From Massalongia carnosa (Eukaryota): DNA of 64,000 nucleotides. Positions 25,361-37,662 of the stretch are shown piece by piece. The stretch lies in contig OZ287068.1 of the NCBI GenBank assembly GCA_965645245.1, forward strand, positions 1,054,001 through 1,118,000. The letters are read 5' to 3'. The notes beneath the pieces were generated by a model. The model made no database searches. It was not told the origin of the DNA and saw only the letters and a program-made list of their open reading frames with translations. The first letter of the stretch is position 1. Every line of letters begins with the position of its first letter. The translations under genes were made by a program, and so were the position numbers.

Positions 25361-26487
25361 ATGGTGGAAGCCGATTCATTTCTTCATCTTGCACGGCCTT
25401 TGGCTCCTGCAGCTGTAGGATCTCAACCAACTACAGCCCCTTTGAAGGTGATAGTACAGCCTCAAGTACGCTAATGCTTTTAATTTAGACGTAATTCTTC
25501 AGTTAAATAACTGTTCGTAGGCTATCTTCTCTATACTCGACCATTCGCTTCGACGAAATGCCGACCAAGCGCGCGTGATTGGCACTTTACTTGGTGTTCG
25601 CAGCGAAGATGGCCAAGAAGTCGAGATCCGGAACTGCTTTGCGGTCGGCCACACAGAGACGCAAGAGCAGGTCGAGGTGGACATGGAATATCAAAAACAA
25701 ATGCTCTCACTACACCTAAAGGCAAACCCGAAGGAAGTACTAGTGGGGTGGTATGCAACTTCGGCAGAGCTCAATACCTTCTCCGCATTGATTCACAATT
25801 TCTACGGCGGCCAAGGCGACGGCACATGGCCTCATCCTGCAGTACACCTTACGATTAGCACTGATCCGGGAAAGGAGATTGAGGCAAAAACTTATATCTC
25901 TGCACCTGTTGGAGTAACAGCAGAAAGAGCGGCAGATAGCGCGGCCTTTATACCAGTGCCACATGAGATACGATATGGGGATGCCGAGAAAAGTGGACTT
26001 GAGTTAATATCGGGAGCGAAAGATAACCAAGATAGGACGGCGAATGTATTAACGGACATTGAGTCATTGGAACGGGCGATTGAGGAGGTCCTTGCTTTGC
26101 TGGAAAGGGTATCGAAATACGTTGAGGCGGTGATAGAGGAGGAGACTCCACCTTCGAGCGCACTAGGCCAGTTCCTGCTGAATGCATTGGCACTTGCACC
26201 GAAGGTAGACGCGGCAGATATCGAAAGAGATTTGTACGTTTCACCGGTGCTAGCGCCTCCATCAACTAACCTTGGGCAGCAACAATCATATACAGGATGT
26301 CTTGATGGTCTCCTACCTCGCAAACACAATCCGCACGCAAATAGATCTTTCCAACAGGTTAGCCACGGCAGCGCTAACAATGGGCGCCGGAGACGGATTA
26401 GGAGGTACGCAAGTAAATGGTACCAGTGTAGAAGGGGGCCAAAGAGGCGGTGGACAGCGGGGCGGTAGAGGCGGACGAGGGAGTTGA
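25361..26487 (+). CDS. eIF3f: Eukaryotic translation initiation factor 3 subunit F (MPN domain)
   Basis: [14 protein letters not shown]...[16 protein letters not shown]...[14 protein letters not shown]...VGWYAT...[28 protein letters not shown], ending in an RGG tail. Exons 25361-25465, 25521-26233, 26280-26487. Confidence 0.95.
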
Positions 26488-26633
26488 ATTTACCTTTATG
26501 ATTAAATGCAAGTTCATTGAGGTCTGTAGATGTATGAGAGAAGGCAAAAGAATCGCCTATAAGCTTCAGATCTCTTAGAGTTATCAATAGTTCATACTAA
26601 CCTGCCAGCTTTAATGGTTTATTCAAAAAAGGG

Positions 26634-27767
26634 CTATGTATTAAGATACTGTTGTTCCTCAGGTTCACTAAGCGCCATTAAGGGCTGTTTTAACCTAACC
26701 AAGTAATCTGCTAATAGACCAGAAGTAATTCCTCCTCCTGTAAATAAAGCACCATATTTGAACCACCACCAGCAACTGCTAGCGTCCTTCAACTTCACTC
26801 TCCATATGATTAGGCCCAACGTTGCAGCTGCAGATCCGCAGCTTCCCAAGAAAAAATAAGGACCAGCTCCAATAGCGCTACCTGCTGCCACCAGCAACCC
26901 TACTTGCACGGCTCCTAAAACCGATAGAACTAGCTTCGTCTCCTTCTCATGCCGCAATGCTATACTCTTAATTCCCACCTTCGCGTCATCTTTGATATCC
27001 ATGTGTGCATATATCATGTCATACAAGATTGTCCAAGAAACACAACTGGTGTACAACGCTGCCACAGCTTTCATGGCGGCAGGATCTGCGAGAATATCTA
27101 CGCCGAGGGCTGGGAACCCCATAATGGCACCCCAGGAAAAGGTAAGCCCAAGGACAAACTGAGGGTAATCCGTAACTCTTTTTGCAAGAGGGTAAGTTGC
27201 GACCAACAACAAACTGGGGATTCCATAGAAGAGACATGAGGAGTGAAATTGTAAGAGGACACTTAAGCCTGCCGCTAACTGAACACCTGTAAAGGCCAAT
27301 GCCTTAAAAGGGCTTACTGCACCACGTGCTATCGGTCGATGGCGCGTCCTTTGCACATATGGATCCAGGTTCCGATCCCAGAGGTCGTTTATCGTGCATC
27401 CCGCTCCTCGCATTATGAGCGCACCGGTGAAAAACTGTAATGCAGTTGACAAGACTGCAAATGGGGGCGATGCAGAGTATGTAGCTGCCATTAGAGTTGA
27501 GAATAAGCAAGGAAAGAATAGATAATATGTCCCCGTTGGCTTGTCAAGACGAATTAGTTCAGCATATGGAGTCCAAGACTTGGGTAGATATGATATGAAG
27601 CCAGTTTTAGGGGGTTGGTATGGAATTGAATGGTGGACAGGACTCGTCCAGGAGAAATGCCTCAAGGCCGATATCTGAACGATATGATGAGAGGGTCGGA
27701 GTGCCACGGATGCAGCAAATCTTCCCCATGGTCTAACAAAGTGTTTCGTTGCTGAATGAGACCTCAT
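26634..27767 (-). CDS. COQ2: 4-hydroxybenzoate polyprenyltransferase (UbiA family), mitochondrial
   Basis: RLDKPTGT, MRGAGCTINDLWDRNLDPYVQRTRHRPIARG, YPLAKRVT, YDMIYAHMDIKDDAKVGIKS. An Arg/Ser-rich presequence follows ATG 27767 (ORF open to 27890). Confidence 0.96.
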   Translation of the reverse strand: MRSHSATKHFVRPWGRFAASVALRPSHHIVQISALRHFSWTSPVHHSIPYQPPKTGFISYLPKSWTPYAELIRLDKPTGTYYLFFPCLFSTLMAATYSASPPFAVLSTALQFFTGALIMRGAGCTINDLWDRNLDPYVQRTRHRPIARGAVSPFKALAFTGVQLAAGLSVLLQFHSSCLFYGIPSLLLVATYPLAKRVTDYPQFVLGLTFSWGAIMGFPALGVDILADPAAMKAVAALYTSCVSWTILYDMIYAHMDIKDDAKVGIKSIALRHEKETKLVLSVLGAVQVGLLVAAGSAIGAGPYFFLGSCGSAAATLGLIIWRVKLKDASSCWWWFKYGALFTGGGITSGLLADYLVRLKQPLMALSEPEEQQYLNT

Positions 27768-28149
27768 CGAGTTTGAGACAAAATGGTACAATGCGGATTT
27801 CTCCTTTCTTAAGGCCAGTGAGCTTTGAGTCGTCTCTGAACATTTTCTGATCAGATAACATGGCCTAAGGCCATTGAATCCAGGAACCATATGAGAGAAA
27901 TATCATATAGAGAATCTGAAGCTAATACATTTCATATCTTCACGTCTTGAATACCTAGCCCCACCACTCGCAGTAAATTTAATTAGATTAATATTGACGA
28001 TATGATGAACCAAAATCTTAGGAGCGAAGGAACGCCGCACTTATTGTAGGCTTAGAGCATTGATATGAAAACTCAGTGTTAGATGGTGATTCGATGTTTA
28101 GTAGGGGAGAAAATCAAAAGAAAGCTTTAATCGTCGGCTAGTCGCTCGC

Positions 28150-28209
28150 TTAATCCTCTCCCTCCAAGAAGCATTTAGAAGCGAATGCTTCTTGGAGGTA
28201 GAGGATTAA
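28150..28209. repeat. 26-bp inverted repeat (1 mismatch, 8-nt loop)
   Basis: ttaatcctctccctccaagaagcatt (28150-28175) versus aatgcttcttggaggtagaggattaa (28184-28209). Confidence 0.9.
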
Positions 28210-28564
28210 AGGAAAGTGAATTCTAACAATTAGTTGTTGTTGCGGCTTAGATCTTGGCGCGGATTGCCCTAGCTTCAACACTTTCATCTAATTAGAAGCC
28301 ACCAGACTCCCAGCTTCATCTGCTTTCGGTCTGCTTCACATCTAAGCTCCAGATCATGAGCTGCTACTAGCAAGCTGGGCTAATTGGACCTCAGACATGC
28401 AGAAGCAATTGCGCCGCCACTAAAATGAAATGAGATGGTCCTGTGGAAATTTATCTCTATCAAGACTACGCATACCTGTGAAGCGGTGCATATTTGCAGG
28501 CTTGTCTCTCATGATTTCGTAACATCTGCACCACCTATCTATCGCCTCTCACACCTATCTCAAA

Positions 28565-31500
28565 ATGCCCGCTCAACGACCGTCTGCCTCCTTTGACCCG
28601 ATTCCTCCAGACCTCGACCTCGCTGCTCTCGTTGAGGAGACACCAAGCTTTGAATATGTCGTTCGGATATCTTGTGATATGATTGAGCTTCAAGGATTGG
28701 AGGCGTTTGAAAAACTAGTCTTGCTGCATGTCATTATTGGAGGGAAACCCCTCATTGTCGAGGGTTGTCAACACCGGCTTGATGAGTGGACCTTTTCTAG
28801 CCAGTGGTTACATGATAACCATGGCAAGAAATGTAAGCTTTCCTACTTAATGACTGAGCTGTGTTTGTAGCTAACACGCGATATTGTAGTTGAGCAAGCG
28901 CGTAATCTCATGAAGCAGCAGAACATGGTACTTTCAATCAGTCATTACCTTAACAACATGGCTAAGCTTGCCAATCAATGGAACGAGTACAACTACAAGG
29001 ACTTAGATCGACAGCGAATCTATCTAAAAGACATTGATTGCCCTGAGGTGTGGCATGATAAATTAAAGGAGCAGATCCCGCCCAGTGTATTTTATCTCAA
29101 CGAGAGTACTGGAGAGGTTGGTGGTCCTGGATCGGTAGATGAGCCAAACTCTACCGGACCTGGTTCTAGGAAGGGAAAGGGGGTAGCTAGAGCTGGAGAT
29201 CTTATGAGCTGTCTACCACCTGCCATGCGAGCTGATAACTTGATGTGCTATATTGGACATGAGGGTACATATACTCCAGCTCATCGGGAGATGTGTGCAA
29301 GCCTAGGGCAAAACATTATGGTGGAAGCTTCTGGGACTGTGGATGAGCATGGGAAACCAACCAAGCCAGGCTCATCGATATGGTTCATGACAGAAACTAA
29401 AGATCGCCATTTAGTATCTGAATACTGGTTATCAACGCTAGGCCATGATATTGAGGTTGAGGCTCACTTTGCCCAGATCAATGCGTGGAAAGCTGCACCG
29501 TTTAAAACATATGTGGTAGAACAAAAGGTTGGGGATTTTATTTTGATACCGCCTTTGGCACCTCATCAGGTATGGAATCGTGGCACGAGAACCATGAAGG
29601 TTGCCTGGAATAGGACGACGGTTGAGACACTTGAGCTAGCACTGAAGGAGGCTCTTCCTCGGGCCCGCATGGTTTGCCGTGACGAGCAATACAAAAACAA
29701 AGCCATGGTGATGTTCGCACTTGAAAAATACTCGTCGTTGTTGAAGCAGGTTGATTTTCAGAAGCAAACTGCTATTGAGCCACAAGTCCAACTCGATCTT
29801 ACTTACAGTCCAAAGATTCGTCAGCTGCAAAAAGATTTTAAACGGCTTTTTGCGTTATATACGCAAATTTTGCTCTCCGAGACGCTGGCTCCCGTGGGTC
29901 CAGGCGAGAAGCGAGGCCAATATCTCCCTTATGACAGCTACGTCACTTGCTCCTACTGCCGGTGCAACATTTTCAATCGATTTCTTACTTGTACCTCCTG
30001 CATTGTACCGCTAGAAAATGGCGAGGAAGACACCTACGATATCTGTATGGAATGTTATGCAATGGGTAGGAGCTGCAAGTGCCTTTCTAGGTATAAATGG
30101 GTAGAGCAATTTTCATGGCAAGACTTGACCCATAAACATGAGATTTGGAGACAACAAATCATTGCGATCGAAGGCAGAGTAACAGAGAAATCGCCTAAAT
30201 CCCTTCAAGCCGAGAGAAAGCAACTGACCAAGAAAACTCTTGCCCAAGTATGTCAGGAACAACTAAAGGCTAGACCCTGGTCTAACCCTAAGAAAGAGCT
30301 AGAAAATACAGTAGAAGAGGACGTGATATCGGAGGAAGATCCAGCCAACGATGATGGCACACCTCAAAAGCGCCGAAAGAAGCGACCTTCGCAGAAGATG
30401 CTACGAGAGACTGTGAGGTGTCATATTTCTCAGCGTGGAGCCCCACGATGGAAGGTTGCTCTCTGCAAATGTGGTCGGGGATACCATTACGGTAGTCTTT
30501 TCCGAGCATTTGACTTAATGCCTGTGACTGTTATGGAGGATCCTGAATGGCAATGTCCATTTTGTCATAAGATATGTTCGTGTGGGACATGTCGCAAGTT
30601 ACCTGATATGCGGCCATTCGAACCGAACGGCACAATTTTAGGCCATGATACCAGGAAAGTTGCCGATCCGAGAAGCGTGGAAAGTCTCGTGGATTTTAGC
30701 CACTCAAACATAAGCTGGATAAAGAAAGCAGGAGATAATGACCCTCATGAGACTAGGCGTCTCCGTCGTCGGAAAGATGAAGCTGCACACGATAAATCTA
30801 CCGATCCAGATCTTGACGATCAGTATGTTAACGATGAAGAGTGCACACCCGTGAACAGCCAGCATCCTCATTCTGATATCGAATGTAACATGAACATAGA
30901 CCTTCCGCTTGACCCAATGCTAAGAATGGACCAGCCTTCGACCACTACACAAAGCCGACACACAAATGGGGGCGCTGACGACTTTCGCCGATCTAGCCAA
31001 CGTCCTGAACTTGTGCTCAAGCCCATAGCATATCAAAATGTACATTCGAGACTTGGTGCACAAGATTCAAATTATTCTACGGCAGGAAACGGACAGGCCG
31101 ATGGGTTTTCTGCTCCTGCAGCTGTCATGGTGAATCAGGAGTTTCAGAGCGGGATGTACACAGCGCAAGACAGCAATGGCATTATCTATCAATATCCCGA
31201 CCCGACTCTACCTCAATTTGCACCATCACCTCAGAAGGATCAGCACCACCAGCCTACAATGATTGCTCCAACTCGTGTGCAACAAGACGGTCTCAAGCGA
31301 AAAAGATCAGATACTCAAAATATCATCAAGAGCGATCTTATACCATCACCAAAGAATGATGCTAATGAACAATATCATCATGCTCAGATGCAGCGAGCAC
31401 TTACAGAGGCCAGACGTAACGATAGATTTATTAGCGCAGAGGCGGCAATGACTGGGAAATCTCTCCGGCTCATACTGAGGGTGGAAAAATTCAAGCTAGC

Positions 31501-32476
31501 TGCATTATCCAGCCGAGATAACGCCGTTCTGCTATCTAGAATGGAAGGTAATAATATGGAGTCTGAAAGCACAATAATTGTGCAGTCCGACGTCCCATTG
31601 ATCCCTCATGCAGATACTCCGCGATCTAATGGGTTATCAAAGAGAAGAAAGGTTCGGGTGGATAACGATGAGGATTTCTCAACTCGGAAGAAACGTGGTC
31701 GTAAATCCACGACAATTTTGAATAACCTAACCAATGATGTGCGCAGGGCATCAGTGAATTACACAGAGATATCCAGCGACTCGGAAGCTAATGGTTTAGT
31801 TGACGGAGGTCAAACCTTGGTTGAGAAGACTCGCAAACCCCGAAGACTTCCCTCATACCTTGCTCAAAGAAGCGACGTTGATTATACTGAAGCTCTGAAG
31901 CACTCGTCTAACCAACCATCTCAAAAGGGTTCGGATCAATCTCTTCAGCTTAACGGTTCCTTAAGCTCAAAGAGACGCAAGATTGATGCGCCCAAACCCT
32001 CAAAGGAGCATTCTCAAGCCCACGCCGTGAAAGCTAATACCCCAATCGACAACTTTCCCGCGGAGCCCCTTCCACAAACCGATGCAAACGCCGATCTCTC
32101 AATGCTAGGACCCGGGGAAACAACTGTTCGGGTAGAAGCAGCTGCCAAACAAGTCGAAGATAATCGAAGAGCCAAACTAAGGGCTCTGCTTTGGGCTGAA
32201 TCCGGAAGCGATGGATTAGATTCGAGCACCTCTGCTACGGGAACTAGTTCTATGCCGCAGAAACGCGAACCTAAAGTTCAAGGAGCCAACCAGCATTCCA
32301 AATTTGAACCCCAAAACCCACGGCCTCCAAATGTGCCAAAAACGCCTCTGCCTGCTGTTTTATCGAATTCTAGGCGGAACCTCAAAGCCAGCTCAGCAAA
32401 AACCATGCCAGGTGGTGGTAAGGTTTCTTCGACAAAGAGAGGCAGGCCCCGCCGATCATTACAAGATGTCTTGTGA
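28565..32476 (+). CDS. JmjC-domain chromatin protein with Cys-rich zinc fingers and C-terminal AT-hook (DMM-1-like)
   Basis: JmjC motifs IYLKDIDCP, YIGHEGTYTPAHREMC, APHQVWNRG; Cys clusters CSYCRCNIFNRFLTCTSC...CMEC...CKC and WQCPFCHKICSCGTCR; terminal KRGRPRRS. Intron at about 28832-28889. The DMM-1 relationship is from recalled architecture only. Confidence 0.88.
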
Positions 32477-34027
32477 GGGTTTGTATTTTCGAGCTGTGTA
32501 CAGTATGTTTAGATGATGGAAAATTAGTCGGTGGAAATGGGATTGATCGATCTTAAGTCGATTCGGTATCGACTACAGAGCGTTAGGATGAATGGCGTGG
32601 AGCGTCTAAGAAACGTTACAGAAGCGTAGGGATGAGACTGGGAGGAATGGGGTTGGTGTCAGAAGTCGTCCCAACACGCTGATGATGTTGCATGAATACG
32701 AGGCGCAATAAGAAGCCCCATGACCGAACCGCCTTTTGGGAGGTTGGTGCCCTAGTCTGCATTCTGGCTGGAACGCAACAAGCTCGGGTCAACAAATAAT
32801 CCGAAGGGATTTCAGCCCCAAACCTGCTGAGTTACATGCCGACGGCCCTCGTATTCAATACTTTGCAGTGACATGACTGCATAGGTACTCGGTATGGGGT
32901 ACAGAATAGGTAGGTACCTATCGATCCGTGATCCCTACTCTGCCTCGTCGGCCTTTATGGCTGAACAATGTACGAATCAAGTTCATTGAACGCGTCATCT
33001 TTGAAGCTTTTCCCCATTCCCTCCGCGCCAGCGGCACGTAGTAGATATTTAGACATGCGTGTAACATCGTAACTAGCTCGTAAGCCCCTGATCGCCAATT
33101 CTTTTATTAGGCACCCATGTAGCGGCCGGTCGGGCTTGGAGCCAACCCGAAGAACTAGCGGATACTCTGTGGCTATGTACTCCGTACAGAGTAACTTTGT
33201 ACCCAACCGTAGGATGAAGGCTTCACATTGTCGTGTGAGGTTGGAATGCTGAGTCGCTGACGCGCCAATCAACACTGCTAGATGGCCGTTAGCCTAGGGC
33301 TTGCCTAGCCGGAAGGAGATGGAATGACTTTCGAGGATAAGGGGCTGAAATAGAAAGTTACGCTAGGTAATTAGATTTTCACACCTTCTGGGGCATGCAT
33401 GTTTGCTTGCTAAGCTGCCTAACCGCATCCAACAAACCATCTGACTTGAATTGCTTCATCCGTCCTCCCGTAGTGACTCTGTACTCGTACATGCTACGGA
33501 GAAGCTTCCTTTTCCCTATTCCTTCTCCTAGCCACATGTGCGGCCATGCATTCTCCGTTGCGAGAAGGACTTCCATCCGCTTCAATTTTAAATCCTCGAT
33601 CCCACCACCACTATCGAGATTCCGGGCCCCCCTTGGGATCTTCCCTTGAGTCCTCGTTCCCCCTTCCTGTTCCCTCTTTCCTGAAACGAGAGCTATTTGA
33701 GATTATCCAACAAGAATAGATTTATGAGGACATTGACATTTTCTAAATCCATCGTGGCATTGTTATTAGCCTAGTGAGCTGATGTGGCCACAGAATTACA
33801 GAAGTGTTGTCGTATTGTGTCCTTTTCGAGGTGTGACGAGTTTATTACGCTGTGAAAGTAAATGCGTAATTATGCAATCTCCCTGCAGTCACCTAGTCAT
33901 TAAAAGCTCTAGTATCCCCTCAATATCACTCTCATCTGCTCAAACTCCCTCACACAATTCGGTACGAAATAATTTTCCACCACTCACACTCTCCACAGAG
34001 CCAAAAGAACCCATTACTTAATCAGTC

Positions 34028-34929
34028 ATGTATCTCTCAGTCTTCGTTCCCTTGGCTGCTATCCCTTTAGCTCTTGCCACCAAATATTCGGTCAAAGTTG
34101 GGGGGACGGCGCTGAAGTTCAATCCCGAAACCGTCAGTGCTACAAAGGGAGATACGATCGAATTCGACTTTTACCCTTCAAACCACTCGGTTGCCGAAAG
34201 CACCTTCGAAAAGCCGTGTCAGGCCAAGGATGGCGGAATCTTTTCTGGCTTCATCCCAGGCAGCTCTGGCAAGGCAGTAGGTTAATTCCTCGACCTGTAT
34301 TCTTTGAAGCCGCTGCCGTTTGGTAGGCCTAGAATTGTCAAACTCATTTGTTACTCTAAGCCATCGTGACTGACTCGGGTTGTAATCTGCAGAAGCAAAT
34401 ATTCACTGTGACTCTTAACGACACCGACCCCCATTGGCTATATTGCTCCCAAGAAATTCATTGCCAGCAAGGCATGGTGTTCGTTATCAACCCTCCGTAA
34501 GTCCCACACACTCTTGCGATTTCATCTTCTCGCGCGGATTATCATCCCTACCCTTTAACCTTACAACCGCCAAACTTTCCGTCTGGCATCCACCTATGAT
34601 CAAAGTCTAACCAAACCCCTCGCTCTAGAAAATCGGGCAATACTATCAAAGATTACACCGATGGAGCTTCAAAAGCACAAGGCACTTCATCTCAGCCTGC
34701 GGTCGCCGGCGGTGAGGTCTCTGATGGCGACGCCTCCAACTCCAGCTCCTCCAGCTCCTCCGCTAGCTCATCAACCAAGGCTACCGCCACCGCTTCTTCA
34801 GCTTCCTCTGCTTCAAGCGCAGCTACGCCCTCGGCGTCGAAGAAGCCCAATGCTGCTGTGAAAGCGGGTGCCGGGACTGGTTTGGGAGCTTTGGGGCTGC
34901 TTGGTGTCTTGGTCGGTGGAATGGTTTAA
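34028..34929 (+). CDS. Secreted cupredoxin-fold serine-rich protein, probably GPI-anchored
   Basis: Signal peptide, GDTIEFDFYPSNHSVAESTFEKPC, YCSQEIHCQQGMVFVINP (type-1 Cu-like H...C-x4-H-x4-M), Ser/Ala-rich stalk and hydrophobic tail. Exons 34028-34276, 34393-34496, 34629-34929. Confidence 0.92.
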
Positions 34930-35572
34930 GTAGAGTACGGGACCTGAAATAGCACATGATTTGGCTGTGGGAAAAGGATGGAACGGACAGGTTGTGTCTA
35001 CACAGTAGGCCAGTGGCCTCTAGTGAAAAAGTGAAAAAGGGCGACAAGTTTAAGGATATTCTAGCGGTCGATATTCCGGTGTATTTGTACGCAGCGCTAC
35101 ATTCTATCCCCGGTGCTACATTTCGAGATATGGAAAACTCTTCGCAAAATATTGTCCTCTACCGTCCTCTTAGGGGAAGGTGAGGGATTCCTTTCCCGAA
35201 GAAAGGACCTTCCTGGTCATGGATTTGTATAATATACAAAACGTTATCCTAAAACTTAATCCAGAACACCCCTTCACGCTTAGACTGATGCCCATGTGTC
35301 CCTTTTACTTTCATTTCTAGTGATGATTGACCGTGTTGCGAGAACTTCGCGTACCAAAACATTTCGTAAATTACTGTCTCGACAACATAAAATCCTGCAG
35401 ATCCTCAGGTTCACATAATCTAACTAGACCTTTTATCTTGTTTGTCGGAGCTGTGAAATGGAGGGGTTTTTTTTTTAAAAAAACCCCCCCGCAACACTAC
35501 AGGCGCAGAATCACCTCCTTTTCAGACGGGTGTGCGCAGATAAGGTACTGGTACAGAGTACCTTCTACGAGG

Positions 35573-37379
35573 CGACCGTCCCCCCCCCCTGTGTAAATCT
35601 TTGCCATTTCACTGCTTATCCAGGGTGCGTACAAGCTAGCAATGCAACTGTCAACAGCACATTAAACTCTTTTCGGTTTAAATCGTATGACGTGTTATTG
35701 CTACTAATAATTACCCTACTCGGTCTGATAAAGCATACCCTCACCCTCACTTACCATTTGCCCTTGCCTATAAGACAATCGGTGCAGAAAATATGTGATG
35801 AAGTGCGGAAAAAGCAATTAGATCAGGAGATTTTGTGCAATCAACAGCGAATACGCAATCCTAGATTGATCGATAGAAATGCTTTTACGTTACTCATTGG
35901 GAAAATTACGCATCATGCCATTGGCCTCGTTTCAAGAGAACTCGATGCCGCCAAATCATTAGCTGAACGAATCCTTTCTATTGTCCCTGATGGTGGAAGC
36001 TGTGTTTATGATTGTGAGTTGCCTTTAAGGTACGGTCTCCCATGCAAATGCTGGTTGTATAAATGCATCATCGACTCGGTCCCTATTCCCGTTTCCCTCA
36101 TCCACCCCCGCTGGTTTTTTGATGGCCCACCTTATGCGGTCTCTTGGCAAATGACCTTCGATTTCGCTCGCGGCTCGGAGCCCAAGGTCGAAAAGATCGT
36201 CGATGAGGTCGAAGGGACGGGAGAGATTGAGGCGGATAAGGATGAGGTCGAGCTCGAAGAAGGCGTGTTGAGTGAGGATAGATTTCGCTCAGGGGGCCTT
36301 GATTTGCTACATTCTGTGGCATATCAATCTATTGACCTGCATCAATCAATAGAAGATTCTCATCGAAGGGAGGAGTACGCTCGCGAGCATGCTCACATCG
36401 TTGAAAGTTCAATAAGAAATGGCAAAAGAAGGAGCTGGTAGGACCTCTCATCCCCAGCACATTCCCCGACGAAATTCGGCCCAAAGAAAACCTCATGTAT
36501 AAGAAAGGAGGGAGTCGTCGACGTGCCTACACTGGTCGCGAGGCAGCTGAGGCTAGAGAAACTGAACAGCGATGTACTAGGCGAAGGGACTCTATTGAAC
36601 AAGGGAGGAGGCTTAGATATAATAGATTGCGTGCTGGGGGCGACGATGAGGTTGAAGGTGAAACAGAAGGTAAAATTCACGATGTTGCAAAGTTATTGCG
36701 CTCGGGTCGGCTAATATTGGGTACAATAGGTTTAGGAGAAAACTTAGTTATGGAGAGAATCGAAAACGCGTCTATCGTCTCCGACGACGATGACGAGGTG
36801 CAGTATATAAGCACTCAGCCCATTCTCGGTCGTTCTATGGATCCTATGCTTCCTTCGGATGACGAAAATGATATTATCTTACATCAGAAGCCTCGTCGGA
36901 TTCGCTCGAAGATATTGACGATGTGCTTGCCAAGCATAGTCAAAAAGCCCTACCTCAGGCAGCGCCGGCTCCATCTCTTTATAGTCTTAGCCAAAACGTG
37001 CGCGCCAGTCAAATTCTCCCTACTTCCTCTGCAACAACGCGAAGGTCTCGGGGTGTGGCGAAGAAATCAAAGGCTCAGTTGGAGTTGGAATCTCAGCAAA
37101 GAGTCGAGAAATCAGTCAAACAGGCTAGGGCTCAAGCGAGAAAGGAAACGGCGATGAGAAAGGTGGCTAAAACCATGAAGCCTAGAAAAGATGATGTATC
37201 GCAATTGGCTGACGAGTTTTTGGATTTGGCAATAGGTAGATTTGTAGGTGTTGAATACACTTAGTCAGTAACAGCAACATTATTAATACGTAGTGTAACT
37301 GCTAGCTTGTACGCACCCTGGATGAGTAGTAAAATGGCTTTTTACTAGTAAAGATTTACACAGGGGGGGGGGACGGTCG
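35573..37379 (+). mobile_element. Non-autonomous Mutator-like (MULE) DNA transposon with terminal inverted repeats
   Basis: The left end cgaccgtccccccccccctgtgtaaatcttt...ccagggtgcgtacaagctagca is mirrored at about 37300-37379. Internal frameshifted ORFs encode CVYDCELPLRYGLPCKCW...IPVSLIHPRW, resembling the SWIM-like C-terminal part of fungal MULE transposases. No DDE core is visible. Confidence 0.88.
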
Positions 37380-37662
37380 AGGGGGGACTGTCCCTAAGCA
37401 TCTCGTACCTTCTATGTACCTAATTATGCAGTTAGAATCCTTCCCTAATGCAAAGGAACATTCGATCCTCCCCCAGTCTTACCTCGCACACATACTTGAA
37501 TTCACCGCCTTGCCTCGAAAATCGTGGCCCATATGACCTCTCTAGTCGCCACTGGCTGAACATTCATCACGTTATCAACTAACACACCCACTCCTCATCT
37601 CACCTTCCTCTCTTTTCCCCATCTTCTCCGCCCTCCATGATGTAAAAAGAAAAACTCAGAAA

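Noticed and set aside
25892..26587. Long antisense ORFs over eIF3f (and likewise over MTG2 and uaY, e.g. 59029..59631)
   Set aside because: Shadow ORFs caused by codon bias of the real genes on the opposite strand.
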